Assembly: GCA_001761425.1 (NCBI GenBank)
Contig: CP012986.1
Location: forward strand, 1,020,001-1,052,000
DNA length: 32,000 nucleotides
Direction: 5' to 3'
Origin: Candidatus Saccharimonadota bacterium
GTDB taxonomy: Archaea > Nanohalarchaeota > Nanosalinia > Nanosalinales > Nanosalinaceae
Shown: positions 1 to 6,019 of the stretch, one piece after another
How the letters are laid out: each line of letters starts with the position of its first letter
How positions within the stretch are numbered: the first letter of the stretch is position 1
Translations under genes and position numbers: made by a program
Notes under the pieces: generated by a model
Told to the model about the DNA's origin: nothing
Seen by the model: the letters and a program-made list of their open reading frames with translations, nothing else
Databases searched by the model: none

Positions 1-269
1 ACACACCAGTATTCCACGTCAACACAGCACAGGTTTCATGCACATTTGAAGAAATCAAATCCACCATGAACCCAAAGACAGGAGAGACAATCGAAGAAGA
101 CCCAGACTACATCAAACAGGGTCAGGCAGCAAAGGTCACAATCAGACCACAGCAGCCACTAGTCATCGAAGCAAACGGAGACATCCCACAGATGTCACGC
201 TTCGCAATCAGAGACATGGGACAGACAGTCGGAGCCGGACAGGCCCTATCCGTCGAAGAAAAGGAATAG
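1..269 (+). CDS. tuf: Translation elongation factor aEF-1 alpha, C-terminal fragment (5' end lies outside the window)
   Basis: Frame 3 is open from base 3. The translation TPVFHVNTAQVSCTFEEIKSTMNPKTGE...RFAIRDMGQTVGAGQALSVEEKE has the conserved domain-3 end of archaeal EF-1alpha (RFAIRDMGxTVGAG). The stop is TAG at 267-269. An S10 gene lies downstream, as in the archaeal str cluster. Confidence 0.9.
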   Translation, partial: TPVFHVNTAQVSCTFEEIKSTMNPKTGETIEEDPDYIKQGQAAKVTIRPQQPLVIEANGDIPQMSRFAIRDMGQTVGAGQALSVEEKE

Positions 270-301
270 AAACTCCTCGAGAGTTTTGAGTTCCATCTTC
301 A

Positions 302-354
302 AGCCATGCACTGCATGGCTCACCCCATTTCTCTTTCCATATATCTCTTTTTTC
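302..354 (+). terminator. Candidate terminator after tuf: 9-bp hairpin followed by pyrimidine/T-rich tracts
   Basis: AGCCATGCA (302-310) pairs with TGCATGGCT (312-320). This is followed by CATTTCTCTTTCC and CTCTTTTTT (345-353). Oligo-T tracts are archaeal termination signals. Confidence 0.4.
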
Positions 355-429
355 AACTTAACTTCCGAATGAAGCATCTGACAGTCCAATAAACCAGTTT
401 TTTAACAAACTGTAACAAAGAATTTTCCA

Positions 430-1539
430 GTGACTGAACGGATTGACAGCCTCGATACCCTGAAAGGCCTTGCGATCATCTCAGTGATCTACATTCACAG
501 CAAGTTCTTCTTCAGCTCCCGGGAGATAGCTGAGGCCCTGAATTTTGTACTTGCAAACACTTCCCGGTTCGCCGTACCTGCCTTCTTCCTTACCTCAGGT
601 TTCCTCCTAGGCAGAAAAATCAAAGAGAAAAACGATTTATCATTCATCCGAAGACAGCTTGAGAGCATAGGCCTGTACTATCTACTTGCCTCAGCGATCT
701 ACATAATACCTACAGTAGCTATCCTCCATGCTAACCAGTACCTGAAGCTAGAGGTAGTATCTAACTGGTTGAAGCCTGTAAACATAGGAGTTCAAGGCCT
801 TTTCAACTTCCTATACCTCGGAAAAGCAATAGCTCCTTTCCTGTGGTTTTTCACAGCACTTTTCTACTCCCTGATAGGAGTGTATGCATTCACAAGAAAA
901 TACAGCGCTAAGTATCTAGTCCTGGGTTCCGCAGTTCTCCATGCATCACTGGTACTCTCGAACACGTACCTGTTCTGGGAAGGCCCTTTGCTTCCTGTAG
1001 AGGACGCTCTCTTCTTCGGCCTTCTTTTTACCTCAACCGGTTTCTGGATAGAGAAACAGGATTTTCAAAAGCTCTGGAGTGAAAAGACCCTGCTCGGACT
1101 GACAGGCCTTTTCTTTCTACTTAACCTTCTGGAAAGAGTGTTTATCTCCCTGAAAGTTCCTTCATGGGACATTTATTTCTGGGAGGGATTTTTCTGGGGT
1201 CCTTACTCGCTGTTCACAGCCCCGATGACAGTTTTTCTCTTTCTCTACCTACTGAAAAAACCAGATTTGGGAAACGACAGCAGGATCAACCTCTACGGAA
1301 AGTATACCCTGACAGGCTATATTCTACACCCTATAATTATCGGAGGACTTGTAGGCCTGAGCCTGGTACTTGAAGCTCTTCTACCCCTCCAGATTATGGG
1401 CACTCTGGCCTGGGACCTGGTTCTTTTCCCCTTTGCCTGTGTCCTGACTATGGAGACAGCAGTAAGAAACCAGGACAGGTTTAACTACGCGGTCAGAAAG
1501 ATGAAGGCCTTCGGAGAGAAAGCGAAGCGGTTCAGGTAA
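430..1539 (+). CDS. Acyltransferase-3 family (OafA/NolL-like) polytopic membrane protein
   Basis: 369-aa ORF with a GTG start. The N-terminus is IDSLDTLKGLAIISVIYIHS, followed by RFAVPAFFLTSGFLLG. This is the typical signature pattern of acyltransferase_3 proteins. About 9-10 hydrophobic segments are visible. Confidence 0.7.
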   Translation: MTERIDSLDTLKGLAIISVIYIHSKFFFSSREIAEALNFVLANTSRFAVPAFFLTSGFLLGRKIKEKNDLSFIRRQLESIGLYYLLASAIYIIPTVAILHANQYLKLEVVSNWLKPVNIGVQGLFNFLYLGKAIAPFLWFFTALFYSLIGVYAFTRKYSAKYLVLGSAVLHASLVLSNTYLFWEGPLLPVEDALFFGLLFTSTGFWIEKQDFQKLWSEKTLLGLTGLFFLLNLLERVFISLKVPSWDIYFWEGFFWGPYSLFTAPMTVFLFLYLLKKPDLGNDSRINLYGKYTLTGYILHPIIIGGLVGLSLVLEALLPLQIMGTLAWDLVLFPFACVLTMETAVRNQDRFNYAVRKMKAFGEKAKRFR

Positions 1540-1584
1540 TAGGCCTTAATATCATTTATAAGATTTAACTCCGAACGGTTTTGT

Positions 1585-1893
1585 ATGCAGAGAGCAAGAG
1601 TAAAGCTGAGAAGTACCGACCAGGGAAAGGTTGACAGCCTGGCAGATGAAATCCTCGAGATCGGCGGCGAATATAACGCAAAGGTTTCAGGACCTGTACC
1701 GCTTCCAACACAGGAAATGGAAGTGACAACGAGAAAAGCTCCAGACGGAGAAGGAAGCTCTACAATCGAACACTACGAGATGCACGTACACAAAAGACTC
1801 ATCGATATCACAGAGTCCGAAAGAGCTTTGAGACAGGTCATGAGAGTCCACGTACCAGAAGGCGTAGACATCGAAATCGAACTACAGGAATAA
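1585..1893 (+). CDS. rps10: 30S ribosomal protein uS10
   Basis: 102-aa ORF: MQRARVKLRSTD...GPVPLPT...HKRLIDI...IEIE. The size and conserved blocks match archaeal S10, and it sits downstream of EF-1alpha. Confidence 0.9.
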   Translation: MQRARVKLRSTDQGKVDSLADEILEIGGEYNAKVSGPVPLPTQEMEVTTRKAPDGEGSSTIEHYEMHVHKRLIDITESERALRQVMRVHVPEGVDIEIELQE

Positions 1894-2095
1894 ACACAAG
1901 GCCCTTCAAACAGGGAAAAACCTGTCCAAATTTAAAACTTCTAACAACTACTTTTTCTACACAGATTTGACGTACAGTTGACTAAGAGAAATGGGCCATT
2001 GAGCCCGTCAAGTATTGCCAACTGCTACGGCAGTTATTGCCGGAGATCGAAAACTCGGAAGAGTTTTCTCGATCCGACGCAAATACTTCGTATTT

Positions 2096-2185
2096 GCCGG
2101 AGTGACTGAGTCTGGCTAAAAGTGCCAGCCTGGAAAGCTGGTGGGCCATAACCGGCCCTCTTGGGTTCAAATCCCAACTCCGGCG
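2096..2185 (+). tRNA. tRNA-Ser (anticodon GGA), class II with long variable arm, no encoded CCA
   Basis: Folded by hand. Acceptor stem is GCCGGAG/CTCCGGC with discriminator G. D stem is ACT/AGT with GG in the loop. Anticodon stem is CCAGC/GCTGG with loop CTGGAAA. Variable arm is GGGCC-ATAACC-GGCCC. T arm is TTGGG-TTCAAAT-CCCAA. Confidence 0.85.
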
Positions 2186-2259
2186 TATAATTTTTCTAAG
2201 GCTCGAGGCAGGATCTAATAAGGATTTCCGGCTGCTCAAGAAACTCGAAGAGTTTCGGA

Positions 2260-2274
2260 CCCAACTCCGGCGTA
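2260..2274 (+). repeat. 15-nt direct copy of the tRNA-Ser 3' end (CCCAACTCCGGCGTA; original at 2173-2187)
   Basis: Exact 15/15 match, 73 nt downstream of the tRNA. In addition, the 5' end TTGCCGGAG (2094-2102) is duplicated at 2037-2045. Confidence 0.8.
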
Positions 2275-2290
2275 CTCGTTTTTTGGATTT

Positions 2291-2632
2291 CTAGGCCTCT
2301 GATTTTATCAGTATCTCTCTTCTCACGTAAAAAATTTCTCTGTACATTTTGGTGAGATATGTGATACCGGCGTAAATGATTATCAGTACCGTTGTTCCTA
2401 TGTACGAGGATATGCTGGCTATGAATTCCACATTGAGGCCTATTGCTGATGCCACAGAGGTTACGATGCTGGCATAGAGTAAAATTTTAACGCTGAGCTG
2501 GAGGATTTTTATTCTTCTGTACTTGGAGAAAGTGTCTTCGTATTCCTCTGTTTTCTCCGCGTCGAGGCCTTCTGTTTCTTGCTTGAGTACTTTATCTGTT
2601 CTTCCGAGCGGTGTGAGTTTGGAGATGTCCAT
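2291..2632 (-). CDS. Small hypothetical membrane protein (two C-terminal TM segments)
   Basis: The ORF is open up to a GTG at 2713, but that codon abuts the divergent HtrA start at 2714. The ATG at 2632 (MDISKLTPLGR...) leaves room for a promoter. Hydrophobic stretches are ILLYASIVTSVASAIGL and YIGTTVLIIIYAGITYL. Confidence 0.45.
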   Translation of the reverse strand: MDISKLTPLGRTDKVLKQETEGLDAEKTEEYEDTFSKYRRIKILQLSVKILLYASIVTSVASAIGLNVEFIASISSYIGTTVLIIIYAGITYLTKMYREIFYVRREILIKSEA

Positions 2633-2713
2633 GTATTTTTTGAGGCCTTTATCTGTTTTAACTGTGTCTACTATCTGTGAGATATTTAAGATTCTAGGAC
2701 CAAGTAGTAACAC

Positions 2714-3841
2714 ATGGAAGTTGGGAGAAAGATTGATCTTTTCGGTGTCTTGGCGATTCTACTTTTTGGAGCGGTTCTCGGCGGGGTGGCGACTTACCAG
2801 AATATGGATACCCGCCTAGACAGTATTGAGTCACAGGTTTCTAACGGTTCTGATACTACTACGCGGATTATTTATGTTAACTCAACCAGTAACGGTCTTC
2901 CCGAGCTCTATGATATGGTAGATGACTCTGTTGTCTCTATCGCTGCATACGGACCAGAGCCTTCTGAAGGATCAGGATTCATCTACAGCAGAGAAGGATA
3001 TATCGTTACCAACGAACACGTTATCGAGGGCTCGACAGATATAGAGGTCACTTTCACGGATGGGACCACAAAAGTGGCTGAAGTCGTAGGAGAGGATCCT
3101 TACACAGATCTTGCGGTTCTCCAGGTTGATAAAGAAGGCCTTCAGCCTATCGATGTCGGCAACTCCACCTCTGTAGAGGAAGGGGAAGACGCCATCGCAA
3201 TTGGAAATCCTTTCGGCCTAAGAAGCTCGATGACGAAGGGAATCATTTCAGCTAAAGGCAGAACCCTGAGGATTACACAGCAGTTCTCCATCCCTAACGT
3301 TATTCAGACAGACGCAGCTATCAACCCTGGAAACAGTGGAGGACCACTCCTTAACAAGTACGGCGAGGTAATAGGAGTAAACACTGCAATAGATACCCAG
3401 ACAGGAACATTCTCAGGAGTAGGATTCGCAGTACCATCAAACACTGTAAAGAGAGTCGTACCACAGCTAATATCCGAGGGAGACTACGAGCATCCATATC
3501 TAGGGGTGAGAGGCCTTAACGTAGGCCCAGAAATAGCAGATGAGATGGGAATGGAGGAGGCCTCAGGCTTCATTATCACAGAAGTACCTAACGGGACAGC
3601 AGCAGACAGAGCAGGCCTCAGAGGCGGACAGTACCAGGCAAATATCCAGGGCCAGAACATCATGCTTGGCGGAGATATCATAGTAGAGATAGAAGATACA
3701 GAAGTTAGAAGCCTACAGGATGTACTCACGTTCCTGGCCAGAGACGCAGAAGTCGGAGATACAGTAGAAGTAACAGTTATCCGTGACGGAGAGGAAAGAA
3801 CCTTCGATCTGACACTTGAAGCAAGGCCTGAAGCGAATTAA
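2714..3841 (+). CDS. htrA: HtrA/DegP-family trypsin-like serine protease with C-terminal PDZ domain and N-terminal membrane anchor
   Basis: The catalytic triad contexts are TNEHVI, DLAVLQV and GNSGGPLLN. A PDZ-like tail is present (GFIITEV...GLRGGD...GDIIVEI). The N-terminal TM is LFGVLAILLFGAVLGGV. Confidence 0.85.
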   Translation: MEVGRKIDLFGVLAILLFGAVLGGVATYQNMDTRLDSIESQVSNGSDTTTRIIYVNSTSNGLPELYDMVDDSVVSIAAYGPEPSEGSGFIYSREGYIVTNEHVIEGSTDIEVTFTDGTTKVAEVVGEDPYTDLAVLQVDKEGLQPIDVGNSTSVEEGEDAIAIGNPFGLRSSMTKGIISAKGRTLRITQQFSIPNVIQTDAAINPGNSGGPLLNKYGEVIGVNTAIDTQTGTFSGVGFAVPSNTVKRVVPQLISEGDYEHPYLGVRGLNVGPEIADEMGMEEASGFIITEVPNGTAADRAGLRGGQYQANIQGQNIMLGGDIIVEIEDTEVRSLQDVLTFLARDAEVGDTVEVTVIRDGEERTFDLTLEARPEAN

Positions 3842-4824
3842 GGCCTGTATCTGAGGAAGGCCGCAAGGCCTCCGAAGTTATCTATTCTTTCTCCTGCTTC
3901 ATGGTCCTTATGTACGATTATTACTTCTCCACCCTGTCTTTCAACCATTTTAGAGATCTCAGGGTTTTTTCTCCTCTTTTCAGCGGTTATCAGCAGTTTT
4001 TTGACCGCTCCAAGCTCTGCGAATTTCTCGACCTGTTCTCCGTAATCGACCATTCCGTCATCTCTGAGTTCGTCTAGGAATTCCTCGACTTCCTGGGTTT
4101 CTTCCGAGATGCGTGAGCTTTCTACCACTTTCTTCAAAGCTCCTCTCTTTATGGCTTCGTGAAGGCCTGTTTTTCCGGTTACCGATGTATCCTGGAGAAA
4201 GATTTTTTCCTTCAAATCTTCCGAAAGGGCGTTATACACCTTGTTCTTCTCGTGGCCAGGCCCTGCAAGAATGACTTTATCCATATCTTTTGCTGACCGT
4301 TTGAGGACCTTGTTGACCTGATTGTAGAACTCTTTACCCGATTTCTGGTCCGGGTACATCTTCCCAGGGATGTTCTCCGCTACATCGGACAGATCCTTTA
4401 TCCCGGATTCTTCGACTACGTAGAGATTGGCCTCTCCTTTTTCCACAAGACAGAAAAGAACTTTGTAGGCCTTGTTTTCCTGTGCCTCCATCACCCGTTT
4501 CCATTCTTCATCTGTGAAGTCTTTCCATATCTCGAATTCTTTTTCCTCCTCAAGGTTGAACGTATGGTATCCCAGTTCCACGTCTTCCACCGCTTCAGTT
4601 ATTTCTCCGGTAACCCTCAGTCTATCCTCCTGATATTCGGTCTTCTCAACCCTTAACCTGAGCTTGCATGTCTTTTTCTCACGGCCGTCAAGCTTGGTTC
4701 TCTGCGTCAAGGCCCTGACCTCATCCCCTTCAGCGACGAGGTCCTTCATATACCATAGATCATCACGGTTCTCCAGGCGTATCCTTGCGTATCCGTCCTC
4801 CCTACTGCTTTTGATTATCTCCAT
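3838..4824 (-). CDS. pelA: Pelota (Dom34-like mRNA surveillance / ribosome rescue factor)
   Basis: 328 aa. The N-terminus RIRLENRDDLWYMKDLVAEGDEVRALTQRT and the eRF1-like central and C-terminal domains fit archaeal Pelota. Its stop overlaps the convergent htrA stop by 4 nt. Confidence 0.85.
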   Translation of the reverse strand: MEIIKSSREDGYARIRLENRDDLWYMKDLVAEGDEVRALTQRTKLDGREKKTCKLRLRVEKTEYQEDRLRVTGEITEAVEDVELGYHTFNLEEEKEFEIWKDFTDEEWKRVMEAQENKAYKVLFCLVEKGEANLYVVEESGIKDLSDVAENIPGKMYPDQKSGKEFYNQVNKVLKRSAKDMDKVILAGPGHEKNKVYNALSEDLKEKIFLQDTSVTGKTGLHEAIKRGALKKVVESSRISEETQEVEEFLDELRDDGMVDYGEQVEKFAELGAVKKLLITAEKRRKNPEISKMVERQGGEVIIVHKDHEAGERIDNFGGLAAFLRYRP

Positions 4825-4876
4825 ACAAATTGAAAGGCCTCTTACAAATAAAAACCCCCAAACGAAAAACTGGGTT

Positions 4877-6019
4877 ATGGAGCAAGGTTTCGCTGTCGTC
4901 CTCGTCGCAGGCCTCGCAGTTTTTGGCCTGATGTTTATCGCGGGCGAATCAGATCTGACCTCACCGGATTCACCCTCTCAGGAGAAAGTCGTTCTCCTAG
5001 AGAACAACGTTGGTGACGTAGGAGGAGCTGAAACCGACATAAGAAACGTCTCTTTCAGAGATTTCACAGTAGGAGAGACAAGAGGGAATATACAGGCCTA
5101 TAACGCCCAAAACGCAGACATCTCCAACGGTTTCTGGTCAGGAGACAGTATTAATATTGAATACAATGCTACACAGCCTACAAGAGGTCAGATCAACTTT
5201 GAGGTCTTAGGTAGGACAGGCGAAGGCAAGATATATGCAGAGGTCAACGGAGACAGGGTATTTGAGGCTGCAACAGTTACTGGAGCTACTCCTGAAATCA
5301 ACTTCTCTTCTGAAGTATTGAAAAGCGGTATTAACGATATTAAGATTGGTACAACAAAAGGAGGCCTCTTCAGCTCTGCCAGTTATACTCTGGAAGAGGT
5401 AGAGGTCACAGTTAATGATAGAAAGTTCCATGATTTCAGTGATTCATTCGAACTCTACTCTCAGGAGCTTGAGAACTATGTTTCCAGCAATCTATCGTTC
5501 ACTATCCCTGTGAGTTCTTCAAGGCCTGAATCAGATCTTAAAATTGATGTAAACGGTAATGAGATTTTTTCAGGTTCTATTGTCCGTTCTACTCAGCAGG
5601 TTGAAATTGATAAGCGTGAAGCAGATCTAACACCGGGTTATAATACAATCGAGTTCAGCACGGATGGCGAGGCGAAGTATGAAATCAATAACCCTGAGAT
5701 AGTTATGCGTTACCTGGGGAGAACAAGATCTGAGACAGTTAACATGAACTTTGAGATGACTCAGAGGCAGATTTCCTACAGTGAGGAGGATGGTACAGAG
5801 GAAAAGATTACCTTTGACTACCAGAAGCTTCTACCATCAACCAACGAACTGACTTTTACCCTGAACGGAGATGAATATACACACCTGCCTGAAAATGGTT
5901 ATAACGAGGTAGATGTGGATGCAGAGAGTTTTGAGGAGGAAAACAGTTTGACTATCCGGAGCGATGGATCTTTCAGGATGCAAAACCTTCAAATACTATC
6001 AGAGAGGATTGACGGTTAG
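4877..6019 (+). CDS. Hypothetical N-terminally anchored extracellular protein with three ~110-aa internal beta-rich repeats
   Basis: The ATG at 4877 is chosen because the longer ORF from 4664 overlaps pelota. The N-terminus is MEQGFAVVLVAGLAVFGLMFIAG. Repeated blocks are VNGDRVF...IKIGTTKG, VNGNEIF...IEFSTDGE and LNGDEYT...LTIRSDGS. Confidence 0.6.
   Translation: MEQGFAVVLVAGLAVFGLMFIAGESDLTSPDSPSQEKVVLLENNVGDVGGAETDIRNVSFRDFTVGETRGNIQAYNAQNADISNGFWSGDSINIEYNATQPTRGQINFEVLGRTGEGKIYAEVNGDRVFEAATVTGATPEINFSSEVLKSGINDIKIGTTKGGLFSSASYTLEEVEVTVNDRKFHDFSDSFELYSQELENYVSSNLSFTIPVSSSRPESDLKIDVNGNEIFSGSIVRSTQQVEIDKREADLTPGYNTIEFSTDGEAKYEINNPEIVMRYLGRTRSETVNMNFEMTQRQISYSEEDGTEEKITFDYQKLLPSTNELTFTLNGDEYTHLPENGYNEVDVDAESFEEENSLTIRSDGSFRMQNLQILSERIDG

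Noticed and set aside
1982-2239. 85-aa minus-strand ORF
   Set aside because: It overlaps the hand-folded tRNA-Ser and its hairpin-rich flanks and has no start context. It is a chance ORF over structured RNA.
2039-2273. Possibility that the outer GCCGGAG...CTCCGGCG copies form a second, intron-containing or nested/split tRNA
   Set aside because: The sequence adjacent to the outer acceptor-like halves cannot form D or T arms. The five bases before the outer CCCAA have no complementary TTGGG partner. Complementarity does not extend beyond 7 bp.
2633-2713. GTG start at 2713 for the small minus-strand membrane protein (140-aa version)
   Set aside because: It would place its start codon directly against the divergent htrA ATG at 2714, with no promoter space. 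The ATG at 2632 is preferred, though the longer form cannot be excluded.
4664-4876. 5' extension of the 4664-6019 ORF (MHVFFSRPSS...), which would add 71 residues
   Set aside because: It lies entirely antisense within the well-supported pelota gene and has a Ser/Leu/Arg-rich shadow-frame composition. The ATG at 4877 gives a normal hydrophobic N-terminus just past the pelota start.
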